From assembly GCF_001194135.2 (NCBI RefSeq), contig NC_068983.1, positions 61,158,136 through 61,222,135 on the forward strand: DNA of 64,000 bases, read 5' to 3'. Both the position numbers and the translations under genes were made by a program. Each line of letters begins with the position of its first letter. Position 1 is the first letter of the stretch. The DNA comes from Octopus bimaculoides (lineage: Eukaryota). The notes below the pieces were generated by a model that saw nothing but the letters and a program-made list of their open reading frames with translations, was not told the origin of the DNA and did not search any database. Of this stretch, positions 22,441-35,755 are shown piece by piece.

Positions 22441-24296
22441 GGCGATATTTCGATACGAGTCCTGATATCAGCCTTTTCCATCCACTCACACATATCCTGA
22501 GCAACTCAACTTTACAATTATCCGTTCAACATACACACACCCTGACCAAATCAAATTTATTCTGTACATTAGTCGTTGATTAATCTAAATCGCTCATTAT
22601 GAACCAGAATTCAGTTTCCTTTAACTTAATATTCTCCTTAGATTAAACTACGAGACTCTTAGGTTGAAATACTTTCCACTATTTTGGCCTTTAGCTTAGT
22701 GCAGGTGAGGCATCTGGTGATATCCACTTATTGTATGCTCGAGTTTGTTGTTTGTTTTTGTCCCTCGCTCTTGCAGTGATGGAAAACTATATAATATTCT
22801 CTGTCCTTAAAATGTGAGAAATATCTTCTGACGTGTCCTTCTATTTGGTTTGGTCGAGACATTCTGATTATATATCCCCTAACGTCAAATGAGATCTGCG
22901 AATGACCCCTAACATAGGCGTGGGTGGATCGTTCTTATGTCTCCCATCCTTAGTATGCGTACGGCGCTCTGATTATATCCGCTTGCTTTGGTTGGGTCAG
23001 GCACTTCTTTTAAGTAATGTCATTTAAATTAGAATAGTTAAATACCATTAGTAGTATTTCTTCTGCTTTAAGTTGCTGTACATTTCTTAAACGTCAACTT
23101 TGACATTTCCATAGTGAGAATTAATTTATGTTAACACAACCTAGATGTCCCCACTGCTTATGTGTCTCCCGTTATCAGGCGCTATTCTCTTGAGCTGTTA
23201 TACCGTCTTGTTCTTTAGCCATTCTTGCATTGATCGACTAGATCTATGATCAGAGACGTTCCATCCACGATTAATTAATATTCTTTTTCTTTTCTGACAG
23301 TGAATCTAAGATTACATTATCCGGTTTATTGTGCTTGGTCTTGTTTTTCGAAAACAGTTAGGTGTGAGCTGAAGGAGATTTAGCTGCTATTTCTAGCGCG
23401 TTTTGAGCAACTATGCAAATGCTCTTGCGATTTGGTTGTTATTTCTAGCATGAAGAGCGCCACGTAGACGCTCCCAAGTTTATAGATTTGACAAGAATGT
23501 CAATTACAGAAAATAACCAAACACATCACTGAACATAGCAGATGTGATGATGCTTACAATTATATTGTAGCCAGCTTTTTCTAATTTCATTTCTCGTCTT
23601 TAACCTTGACTTACCTCAGCGTTTTAGTCACATATAAGATAAATTTATAAATCCAATTGACCGTAGTTTTCGTCCTTTCGTTGGTTTTGTTTGTCAAAGG
23701 AGCTATGCACGTGGCCATCATAGACCTTGTGTGATTGGTGGGATTGATCTCGCTGCTTAGGATGTTGTAAGGAATACATGTGGAGGGAGGAAGTTCGTGA
23801 GGACTGACATTCTGAGAAAGACTGGGCATAGTGTTTAGTGTGTGTGTAGGGGTGGGGTGGTGGTGCTGGTGGTAGACAACAAAAGGAGGAGAGATAAGTA
23901 AGTTCAAGTGCCTGAATGGGAGTGTTTCAAGATCAGTCATCCCTGAAGAGCAAAGACCACTGTAGTAGCAGTTGAAAAAGTAGAGAGGAGACAATATGTG
24001 TGTGGGCCAGAAATTAGAGTATATTTGTGAGTCACTTTTTTGCCAATTACTTGAATGGCTTTTCTTTGGATGTCTGTTTGTAGTTGTAGCACAGTTCCAG
24101 ATGTGACAATAGTTCTCTATTGTGGGTTAGCTTGTGTTTCGTATAGGCTTAAGTTCTTGGCTGGTGTGTTTTCTGGTTCTGAAGAGAAAGGCCAGTCTTT
24201 GAGCTATAATATTTACTATGTTGAGCATATATGTTCACCAAGAGAGATCCTTAATGGTATTGAGAACTAGCATTTGAAGTGATCAAGAGGGTTTAA

Positions 24297-24506
24297 CTCT
24301 TTAGCATTCAGATTTCTTTGTCAAATATAATGCTTATTTATTCACATTGTTTTGAATTAATTTTGTAGCTTCAAGATTTCAATTATGTGTTTGTATATTT
24401 TGAGAATGACATTGTAAGGTAGGCGTGAGAGGTTGGATCTGGTCAGTTTTAACATAAAACAGGCAGAATATTTTGGCTGGATATCATTGGATTGAATGCT
24501 AAAAGG
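24297..24506. mobile_element. piggyBac-like MITE (TTAA target)
   Basis: ttaa-ctctttagcattc...gaatgctaaaagg-ttat; same family as 58979 in the opposite orientation. Confidence 0.7.
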
Positions 24507-24599
24507 TTATGGTGTTCAATATGTTAATAATGTTTTCGTAATATACGTAGTGATTGTAGTTTTTACAACTGAAAGCTGCAAGATTTGTATTTCCTCATT

Positions 24600-25040
24600 G
24601 GAGGATACTTTCAAGGTCTCTGTTCACAGAGTTAGTGCAGATTCAGTGTGAGGTGTCTAGGTTAGGTACTGTAACTTAGGGAAGAATGAAGGGTCATATT
24701 ATCTGTATAGGGGTAGGTATTGTTGGTGGTCATGGCTAATAGGTTAAGTATAGATGGAAAAGTGTCAGGACAAAACCAGACGCTGGGGCACAATAGAATT
24801 GATAGAGTGTGGGTCAGACCGAGCTCCATCAATGCACAGCAAACCACTGATCCATGAGACGAGTGATGAATGGAGTCCATAGGTGGGCAGTTTTGATTTG
24901 CATGTTAGTTACATCAAAAACTTTGCTGATGTCGCAGGCAACAACGTTGCTTTCACCAAATTTCTTGAGTGCATTACTTAAACAAAGCATAAATTTCTGT
25001 AAAGGGAGCATATGCCCATCTTGCTCCACAATGAATTTGT
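24600..25040 (-). mobile_element. CR1/L2-like RT fragment
   Basis: KKFGESNVVACDISKVFD..., INSIVPQ, YPYTDNMTLHSS (degenerate LDISKAFD / GVPQG / YADD). Confidence 0.7.
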
Positions 25041-25829
25041 AATTTTACTGCTGATAAAATAATGATAGTAAAATTACTACTTGCTATACAAATGATTGTT
25101 TGCTATTCAATATTTCTTTGTCTTATAAACTCTATTGATTTTATTTAGCAAATATAAAATTTGACTGTGATGTAAGTAGTAATTGGGTTGCTAATGACAA
25201 CATATATTAACATGTGTGTACACCTTGTAGTGTAGGAGTGCATGTGCTTATATACATGTGTATCAGTGTGTATGTGTGTGCGCATAGATTTGTAGATGTC
25301 TTTACTGCCTAGTCTATTATTCCTATTTGTACTCATTGACACACTCTCAGCCTCTTCGCACTCACTTCCTTGTCACTCTTATCTTAATCACTCAACTCCC
25401 TATTGTTCTACATTTGTTTCCTCCTACCCCACCCTGCAGTTTGAAATCCTCTCATCTCCCTATCTTCCACTTTCCTGATACTAGCCATTGGTGTGTGTGT
25501 GTGTGTGTGTGTGGAGCCCTACTACCATCCTCATTACCCCTGTCCAGTCCACTCTTATTTTCCTATCACACTTATCTGTCCATTTGTATGAGACTCACCC
25601 ACATCCTGTTTCCCCTACCACCACCCTCACCATTTGAGTTTTTCAGTGCACTTTACCTTCATCCTTATCTTTCCCTTTTGTACTGCCAGTCATCTTCCCC
25701 TTTCTTGTCCACGAATCCAAGCAAGCTCAACCCAATGATGTTGCATTGTGTGTGTTTATATATGTATGAATGTAAGCTACTGGCCCATCACGGGTAGTTG
25801 CTGAGATGCTCAAAATATCTGGTGAGGTA

Positions 25830-27185
25830 GGATACATGCTAACTGTCTGAATACTTAGTCAGGTAATATAGGAAAGTGTCATAGCTGATGACTGGCATAG
25901 CAGTATTTATTGTAAACTGCGACAAGGGCAAAAGAGATACTTGAGAGAGAGAGGAAATTACAGATGTATCAAATGGATGGACCAGACAATGACAGTCACA
26001 GAAAGAGTCACAGCACAATTGATCTAGAATAGAGTTAGCCTTGATGAGCTGCAATTTGGCTTTATGCCCAGAAAAAGGTACCACAGATACTATCTTCCTG
26101 GTGAAGCAACTGCAAGAGAAGTGCTTTACTAAAAGTAATTCACTATATCTAGCATATGTTGACTTACAGAGGGCCTTTGACAGTGTGACACATTATGCTA
26201 TCTGGTGGTTACTAAAAAATTAAGTGTAGATGAATGGCTTTTGAGGTTTGTATAAGCCAGGGGTCCCCAAACTTTTTAGACCATTGACCCCTTTATGTAA
26301 TCCTTGACCCCTCATCGACCCCCAGGCATGTACAAGAAAATATATGAATAATAAGTAGATGTGCATTTATCGACCCCTTGAACAGTCCCATTGACCCCCA
26401 GGGGTTGATATCGACCATTTTATAGACCCCTGGTATAAGCTATGTACAAAGGTGCTGTCAGTAAGGTGAGAGTTGGTAATCAATTCCATGATGCATTTTG
26501 GGTGAAGATAGATGTCCATCAAAAGTTCTGTTTTTTTCTTCCTCTTGTTCATCATAGTCCTGTAGGTCATCACAGAGGAGTTCAGGATTGGCTGTCCTTG
26601 GGATTATTGTATGCTGTTGACCTAGCTCTTATAGCTGAATTTATAATAGAATTAAAGAAGAAATTCCAGGAAACAACTTAGAATTAAGAGGCCTCAAAGT
26701 AAACTTAGCTAAGACTAAGATGTTAGTAGGCAGAAAATAAGATAGGACCCTGGTACTATCAAGGAAATGACCTTACTTGAGAAGGAGTAAGTAGGGACTC
26801 CATTCTAAGCTGTGGGTTCACAAGAGATGTTGTGGAATCACCACTGATAGGTTAATTGAGAAAGCAGGCTTTGTATGGGACAGATACATGGGGAAATAGA
26901 CTCTAAATGCTTGGCTTACTAGTAGCAGTGGATAGTTTCTGTTACACAGGTATCATAAATAGCTGTAGAAGTGATTCTTCTGCAAGTATAGTAGGTAAGA
27001 ACTGGCTGGTAAAAGTCCAGGGAGCTTTTGCCTCTGCTCGCAACAAAGGCCTTCTCTCTTAGAGTGAAGGAGAGATTGTATGATGCTAGTGTTTGAACTG
27101 TGATGCTGCATGGTAGTGAGACATCGGTTTTGAATGCAGAAGACTTGCAAAGGCTAGAAAGAAATGATGCAAGCATACTGTGATG
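25830..27185 (+). mobile_element. Degenerate RTE RT fragment interrupted by a hAT MITE
   Basis: PEKGTTDTIFLVKQLQEK..LYLAYVDLQRAFDSV; AMYKGAVSKVRVGN; LLYAVDLALIAE; VKGRLYDASV*TVMLHGSET. Confidence 0.85.
26258..26432. mobile_element. hAT-type MITE (175 bp)
   Basis: CAGGGGTC...GACCCCTG termini; 8-bp TSD gtataagc at 26250-26257 and 26433-26440; the RTE frame rejoins when it is removed. Confidence 0.92.
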
Positions 27186-27490
27186 GTTGTTACATGAGAA
27201 AAGGAGGTATTCTTACTTTTCATGCAAGGAGATTGTTTAGCTGTCCACAGTAACCATGAGCCTTATACATCTTCACAATTCCACTGAAGGTAAGGTCTGA
27301 ATCTTTATTGGGTATTTCATCTGAGAGAATGCCATTAATTTAAGATCCTTGAATTTTTTCTTCTGTATAAAACAATCAGTGGGAATAGTATAAGCCATGT
27401 TTTTGCTATCCTGTAGAACTTATGAAACAGCAAAGGTTTTTGACAATATCATGCTGGTGTTATTTCTAACAATATCATGTTGGAAGTTCA

Positions 27491-27823
27491 CCATTTTGAG
27501 CGTGGCCGTTGCCAGTACCGCCTGACTGGCTCCTGTAGGATTTTCGAGCGAGATCGTTGCCAGTGCCCCTGGACTGGCTTGTGCGGGTGGCACATAAAAG
27601 ACACCATTTCGAGCGTGGCCGTTTTCGTGCGGGTGACACGTAAAAGCACCCACTACACTCTCTGAGTGGTTGGCGTTAGGAAGGGCATCCAGCTGTAGAA
27701 ACTCTGCCAAATCAGACTGGAGCCTGGTGTTGCCATCCGGTTTCACCAGTCCTCAGTCAAATCGTCCAACCCATGCTAGCATGGAAAGCGGACGTTAAAC
27801 GATGATGATGATGATGATGATGA
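27491..27823 (+). mobile_element. Young RTE 3' UTR/tail copy
   Basis: CpG-intact; tail ccatgctagcatgg...(GAT)n; imperfect TSD ggaagt(t)ca. Confidence 0.85.
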
Positions 27824-29439
27824 AGGAAGTCATTCCATTTTGGATTACATGTAAAGGTAATGAACAGATCAGGATGATCAAAGTTTCTGACATTGGTAAT
27901 AGAATTTTGAGTGTACTCATGCACGTATCTGAGCCCTCATATTAAAGATGATAGCAAGCTGACCAACATATGCTAGATTTTCATCATTGTTCAAGGTGTC
28001 TTTTAGATGAATTTATTTTCCAACTTTTCATAAAAATCCACTATAACTGATTGAAGGGTTTGCAGAAGTGCTGAAGTAGGTTTCAGTTTGATCTGATCAG
28101 CAACATATTAGCACAAAGATCATTTGCTGACACCTTTCATTACATACTTCTCGAAAAATGTATATGAGAAGATATTGCAATAAGTTAAATGGATGATGTA
28201 TTTCTGAGACTGATGAGAAGTTGGTTATGTTTATATACAGATTTATGTCTCTTCTATGAAGTTCCTGCCCAATAATGACTACCTCTTTGCAAATAGAAGC
28301 ATGGAAAAGATGTTTGTGTTCTCTTGAGGATACTTTATCTATACAGAGATAACTTTCATTTCTATTCATATTTTCAAATACAATCTTTACATAATCACCA
28401 TGCTAATGTAATATTTCTTGAATATCAAAAATAATTGGAAAATCTGTAATGTTGTTACGACATTGCACTGTTTGTCTTGTTTGTCACCCATGAAGTATAT
28501 CTGTAGAGACTTGTGATCAGCAAATGTAAATGGAAGAAATGAACCTGTATAATTTTAAATTTGCTTCTGTATTTTGAAAGTAGGCATTCATCTTTCTATA
28601 GCAACCTCACTAGCTGCAAAAGAAGTGATTTGGAAGTGAGAATTGTATTTCCTTTCCTTAGAAATGATTTGTTTCTCTTGTACTTCCTTTAAACAATTAA
28701 GTGGTTTTGGAAGTATTAATGTAGGTTGTAATTTTATCACTCCATTTAAACATTATATGCCTGAAGCATCTCTTTATTATTTTTTTTTTTTACTCCACAA
28801 TGCTCATATGTTAGAGACATTTCACTTAACAAGATGTTACACATATTTCACTAATAAGATTCATAATCTATGTTTTTGTCATATTCAATTGATTTTTCTT
28901 TAACTTGCCACTTCTCACTTCTTGCTGCTTGATTTCTAGCCTTAGTTTCTTAAAGATGATCTCACCTGTCTTCACTTTTATGTTATCCTATTGTTAGATT
29001 ACTTGTCCTCATTATTTCAAAAGACTTTTTCCTTTGGTATTCAGATTTATGCACCGTTGCCATTGTAGTATTTTTGCAATTCATTTTTTGTTTGCCTTTT
29101 CAAATTATCTTTTGATTCAGAAATCCCAAGAGGTTTAAGACTCAAATTTTTGAAGAAGAATGGTTTTCGATCTTATGATAAAAGTAATACTTTTAAATTT
29201 AGGCACAAAACTTAATTGTAGTAAGTATTGTTTCCAAAATATGCAAATATCATTTAAAACCACAATTATTCAACATATTCTTATGTAAAAAAAAATATAA
29301 ATTTCAAGAAAATTGAGTAGGGGACAAAACATAACCCAACAACCATCAGTTAAGGAGTTCATGGGAAACATTGATTTTTTTTGTTTTTCCATCTATTGCA
29401 TTTAAATAAAGATTATTCAGTCTTCCTTCAAGCATAAAG

Positions 29440-30470
29440 CTGTTCATGAGAAGACGCAAGGCCCTTGTGGTTTAACTGCTTTTCCTGCCTCCATATTTGT
29501 AATGACTATTTTGATTGTATAACTGTTAATTTCAATAGCTGGTCTCTCTGCTGGGTCTACTTTGGTCCTTCTTTCCTTCAAGAATTCTTTTTATACAGCT
29601 TCCTTTTATGGTTGCATTTCAACAACCTTCTTTCTTCTTAGTATCGTTATTGTTACTTTATCTGGTATTTCAATCATTTCAGCAAAACATCCTGATTCAC
29701 TCTAACACTCTGCTCTGAAATTACATCCCAGATCACTGGCAATCCTCTCACTGTTTACTTCACTCCTTGTTAAGTATATCTTATGTTTAGTTTCTCTTCT
29801 AGTCAGCTGATATTGTTCTTTGATGCACAATTTCCTTCAATTTTTCCCATCATTGTTTCTCAGCTTTTACAGTTCTATCTATTGTATCATTCCATCACAA
29901 TGTCAATCTTCTGTGTATCTGAAACCATACTCTATTTACAGGTCTAGTCTGTTGCTCAGAGAAACCTCCTGTTGTTCACTATGTTTATAAGTCATTATTT
30001 TCTCCTTTTCATCAATATGCATCAGCTAGTATTTCTTTGAACTCATGTTTGACCAAAGATCCTTAAACTTCCATATCTTCCTTCTGCATATTCTCTGTGT
30101 TTCTGAGTCCAACTCACACAATAAGGTTGTTGAACACTAGTCTATGTTAAATAGTACATTCTTTACTGGAGATGGACTTTGTATTACAATCAGTTGCCTA
30201 CCCATTTTTCTGGTGAACATGATGATGTCTATCTGTTTTATATGTGATACCTAACTGGTTGATGATTGGACAACTGCTTGGTTTCCTGGTGTCGCAAATG
30301 GTTGGGTCAGTTGCCATTTCTCACATATTATTTTTCAGTCTATTTGCACCATATCCATTGTTTGCATGTGTGATATTGTAGTCATCATGGTGTTGTTCAA
30401 CATGCTATTAAAGTTACCTGTCATCATAACGAGGCTGCTATTAGTGATTGTCAAGGTTGTATGCAAGAGG
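29440..30470 (-). mobile_element. Highly degenerate LINE (RTE-like) endonuclease/linker fragment
   Basis: Minus-strand MTGNFN (GDFN-like), KQIDIIM (QIDY-like) and a GKAV..G-like motif near 29460. Confidence 0.5.
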
Positions 30471-32583
30471 ACCTTGTTTAAATGGTTCTTTTAGTCATAT
30501 ATCAGCCTGGATGTACATATGTTATCATGTTGGTTATGATTAATCTAGGATTAATTATTCTGTCACATACTCTGACTAACTTAGTTACTTATCCACTTCC
30601 CTTGCCGACAATATCCCTATACCTTACATTTCAGCACTTACCCATGCAGAAAAATTTGTACTTGTGTTTCTTGCCAACGAAATGTTTGGTTGAGGTTCCT
30701 TTTTTGTACACAATACACATTTATTCACCTCTATTCCAGCATCTCTACAATTTCTGTAGACCTACCTTTTATCAGGTTAATTTTGATGATGACAGTGATG
30801 GAGTTTTGTATTTAACTGGAAAAAGTTAATTTCCATTGGTTGATGGGTTGTTTGATGTCTATTTTCAATGTCTAAATAGAAGAGAGTTGCTGCAATCATG
30901 ATGAGGGTTTGTCTGTCTCTTTGTTGGCATACACCTGGAATGATTTGAATTGACTCCAACCAATGCATTTACAGTTTTGCCGTCAGTATCCCACTGCTTG
31001 CATAATTGATGAATGTTGAGGGGCTCTCATACATAGCTAAATGTACTCCTCTCACCACCCTGCTGCCATATTCATAACTAGCATGGTCAGTGCTAGTATT
31101 CTATATGTAAGTAATATTTTTCATTGCTTTTGTGATTGTCTTGATATTGGTATGGTTTATTGGTTGGATGTTTTTCTTATCACCAACCATTTCACTGTAT
31201 TGTCTGTCAAGACAAAGATGTCCCATCTACACTATGTCAGTTTTTATTCAGAGTTATTGCTTTCCTAGAAGGATTGCTCTTGCTGTGGCTTGTGGAGTGC
31301 CCTCTCTCTGCAAAATTTCATTTGAAATTAGTTTTCCTAGTTGTTGCTAAATTCTCATCTACTTTGTGTAGAATTTCATTCGGATTTATTATCCTGTTAG
31401 TTGGATTGTCATTTCACTATAGCTCATATCCCTCCACAATGTGAAGGATGCACACAGTGTGGAGATAGAAAGACTAAGTCTTTCTCTGTAATATTTCTAA
31501 AAGTGGGCACAGCATGGAAGTAAACTGGTGGTTTTGCTTGGAATGTATGAATTCCTAAAAATGGAGTGTTGTGCATAAAACAGACTGGTGGATTTTAGTA
31601 ACTGGAATAATGCTGTCTGGTTGCACTTGTCATGATAGGAGCTAAGACAAGAGGATAAGGAACACTTAATGCTACTGACTGAATGCATTTGCCAAGTAAG
31701 GCTCAATAGAAAGCTAATGCTGACCAATAAAACCCTGAGAGAGGGAGATCATTCATAGAGAGTTATTGTCTTTTAATTTCAAGAATAATTTTATCTAATC
31801 AAATGTTTCACCTCACAATATTACAGATGTGAGAGTCTTACCATATGACTACTACCATGCAAAAACATTCCCCTGAGGATATTTTCCTTGATCTCTATTA
31901 TTGATATTCATAATCAATGTCACTGTCTTCCTTTTTGTACATAAAATGATCAGCTCTGAGTGTGCCATTTAACTTGAACATGCTTTGTTGAAGAGAGATA
32001 AGATCTAAAGGTGTTGTCCATTTATTTTACTAGTTGGTTTTATAGATAAGATCTATTTCTGTGATTTTCATTTCTCTTTATCATTAGACACAATGTATTC
32101 ATCTTCTTAACGCCATTACAATATCTTCTTGTTTTGGTTAATTGGCACTACGGAAAAAGAAAATAGTTACAGTGTAATTATTTGTTCGAAGTATGAAGCT
32201 TTGCCAGAAACATACTTAGGAGAGTTATTAAGCATGATAATATCTTCAGTTGTTTTTATTTGTAAAGCGGTAGTTCATGTTGCTTTCTTATCACAACAGT
32301 TTCAGTAGAATTAAATTTGTTAGTAATGTTGACTTTTAAATTACCAAAGTTTTTTTTAATTCTTTTTATCAGAAGTGCACTATCAATACTGAAACAAACA
32401 TATGAAGAACTTAAAGCATAATTTTATAAAATACTGTATGTTTTAATGATTAATATATTATGTGTTGGCAACAGGAAGAGCATCTGGCTGTCAGCAACTG
32501 TCTTAGTGAATCTTGTCCAATCCATGCCAGCATGGAAAAAGCAGATGTGAAAACAATGATGATTGTGGTTATAAATAGTGCTT

Positions 32584-33011
32584 GGCAGAGATGTGACTGT
32601 GTGGCTAAGAAGTTTGCTTCCTAACCATATGGTTTGGAGTTCAGTCCTATTACATGGAACTTTGTGTAAGTGTCTTCTACTAAAACCTTGGACCAATCAA
32701 AGCTTTGTGAGTGGTTTTAGTTGACGGAAACTGAAAGGAGTCCATTGTATAAATATGTATGTACTACATATGTTTTATGTGTACCCTAGTTTTGACATCA
32801 TGTGATGGTTGTAAACGAGCGTCACTAACATACAAGTGATGTTATTTGTTTCCAGTCTCCTGTGAGAAACATATCTGGAAATGGGGAAATATTACTTTGC
32901 TTGGAAACAAGTGAGGGCTAGTGACAGGAAAGACATGCAACCATAGAACACCTACTTCAACAAGTTATGTTTGATTTTAGAATCATGGGAAAGTAGAGGT
33001 TAAATGATAAT
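32584..33011 (+). mobile_element. tRNA-headed SINE with RTE-type tail (old copy)
   Basis: Head gtgactgtgtggctaagaagtttgcttcc..ggagttcagtcc; tail ...gggaaagtagaggttaaatgataatg; same family as 59500. Confidence 0.65.
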
Positions 33012-33774
33012 GATTATTGAGAGAACTCCTTTGTACTTGCCCAATATATTCAATGTAGAAACTTCCTTAACAAGCAACCTGTTGTCTTTAAAATGGGAAC
33101 CATAGATTTTGAGACATAAATGTTTGATCAGTGTATTGTCAAAAAAATTAACACCTGATTCAGTTTCTGAATCTATCCAGAATTCCTGTTACCTGTATGT
33201 ATGCATATTTGGATATCAGTGACATATGGTAAGCTCTGAAATAGGTTGTATTAAATTTTATAGTGAGTTAAGATAATTGTCATATGTCTCAATGATTTTA
33301 TGTTCATGTATAGTGCTAAAAATGGGAAATACATGATTACCCTTTATATAGGAAATATGACGGTCAGGGTCAGAAATGTTGTACAATAAAATCCCCACCC
33401 TTGCAGTGCAAATTAGTATATAATAAATGTGTTCACTATTTAGTCTTTCATGCATGATTTTGTATTTAGAAATTACCTTTATTTTTATAATCCACCCCCA
33501 CACTATTGCTTACTGTATATTCAGTAGCTAATAAAATGATATTCATTATACTGTATCTCTATTACATATTCACTGTACCTCCTTTAATTTATGGATTATA
33601 TGCATGAAAAAAAAAAAAAAATTATAAATTTCCTGTATAATTGAAAGTTTAGAGGAACAACATTTTAGTAAGTTGGGAAAATGACAGGACCTTACTGCCA
33701 TTAATAAAATGGCTGAGTTTGAGATGAAGAAAAGGTGTTGGTAGAAATTCCATATAATTGCCAAATGTAAACTA

Positions 33775-34110
33775 TTGGCTCACAAGAGATGTAGTGGATT
33801 CATAAGCAGGTAGACTTTGTTTATGGTAACCGGCTTACACAGTACATGTGAAATAGATTCCTTCAACTTCCTAGATGTTTCCTACAAGTAGTTGATAGCA
33901 TTTGTTATCTCGGCTACCTAATTAACAGTGGGACTAGATATTCTGAAAGCATAGCAGCTAGAGTTGGGAGTGGAAAAAGTATATTGAGCTGTTACCTCTA
34001 CTGGAAGGTTTCTCTGGCAAAGTGAAATTCAATCTATGATGCTTATTTCCTTGAACATGCAGAGATAATGTGGTCTTCTCAGTGACAAGGCAACTCGTCT
34101 AGTGCTATAA
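33775..34110 (+). mobile_element. Degenerate RTE RT C-terminal fragment
   Basis: HKRCSG; QVVDSICYLGYL..SG...SESIAARV, as in the 47.6-kb copy. Confidence 0.6.
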
Positions 34111-34629
34111 AATGTATTCAGTCTGCAGAATTGTTATCACTAAGAAGAGTATACAGCTGTAGACACCATGCAGGAGTGAGCTGTGGTCTCCAACATGTCT
34201 AAGTTGGCAGTTACTCCAAATAAGAACTCAAACTGTGATGTTCGATAATTTGATGTTTTGATACTTTTGCACCTTGTATTTTTCTCTCTTGTGCAAGTCA
34301 TTACTCAGAGATCTGGGAACCACAAACAGATGTAGTGAGTGTTTCAGATTTTTGATTGCGGTATGCACAAATGAAAAATCACCACTTTTGTAGTTGGCTT
34401 GATTGTGAAGGCACATGGAAGGAATAGTATTGGTAGGAACAGTCATGATTTATCAGTTGTATGTCTGTGTTTGCGGTGGTATTGTTAGCAGTGCCTTGAG
34501 AGTAGAGACTTGGTCATGCACTGTTATCTTTGTCATTGTGAGAGCCAATGACAAAAAGTACTACCTTTAAAGGGAAAGGAAAATAGTACAAAGTGATCTT
34601 TCTCAATGACAAGTTGACAGCCACCACAC

Positions 34630-34770
34630 TGATACTTAATTTATCGATCCCGAAAGCATGAAAGGTAAAGCCGACTTCGGCGGAATTTGAACTTAGAACG
34701 TAAAGACAGACGAAATACCGCTAGACATTTCGCTCGGCGTGCTAACGATTTTGCCAGCTCGCCACCTTGG
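34630..34770 (-). mobile_element. CORE-type SINE, 3'-truncated, CpG-intact
   Basis: Reverse complement of the ggtggcgagctggcaaaatcgttagcacgccgagcgaaatg...gataaaattaagta family. Confidence 0.8.
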
Positions 34771-34812
34771 TCAAAATTCTAAATTAAAAAGACAAACAGA
34801 ACACACACACAT

Positions 34813-34856
<44 letters not shown>

Positions 34857-35026
34857 GCACACGTTTTTGTATTTTGTGTATGTTAATGTGTGTACGTATG
34901 TATATTTTTGTATCTAGGTATATGTATGTGTGTGTTTATGTGCATGTATGTATATTTGTGTATGCATGTATTTCTTTCATTTTCTTCAGCTGACTCACTT
35001 ATGTTTATATATTTTTCATGTATGTG

Positions 35027-35057
<31 letters not shown>

Positions 35058-35715
35058 ATGTGCATGAATGTATATTTGTGTATGTATGTGTATACACATA
35101 TATATTTGTGTATTCATACACGAATATACTTAGACAAACATACATACACTCAAACAAACATAATACATACACAAAATATACGTTAACACAAACGATTCTG
35201 TTGAAAAAGAATTTAAGAACTAAAAATTTTTTACTGGAAAGAGTCGAATAAATATCTTCATTTCTCATTTACTTTTTCAGAAAGATTGCCGAAGCATGAA
35301 TTTCTATAATTCATCCTACACTTCTGTTTATTTGACAACTCAAATTTTCGTCACTTGCAGCGGCAACTTATTTATCGGGTCTTTTTACTGACGTCCACAT
35401 TTACTCCAGCTTCTTGCCTTGAGTAAATACCATACAGTGTTTGGAACACATGTCCACCTCTCTTAATTCTATTCTACTACTGATAGAAAGGGTTACTATT
35501 ATTTCTAACCCCACATTTGATTCTAATTCCTTAAGAAGTATTATTTACTTTATTAACTTCGATGGGGTACTCATAAAATTATTAACAATTGATTGTATTT
35601 ACTTAGTCAAAAGTTAATGTTTTATTTTGACTTTATTACTTCAAAAGTCTAAGCTAGGTTTCGAACTCTGTTCGCCAATGTTTTGCATTAGTACTACTCC
35701 GGACCCGCCCCCTTA

Positions 35716-35755
<40 letters not shown>

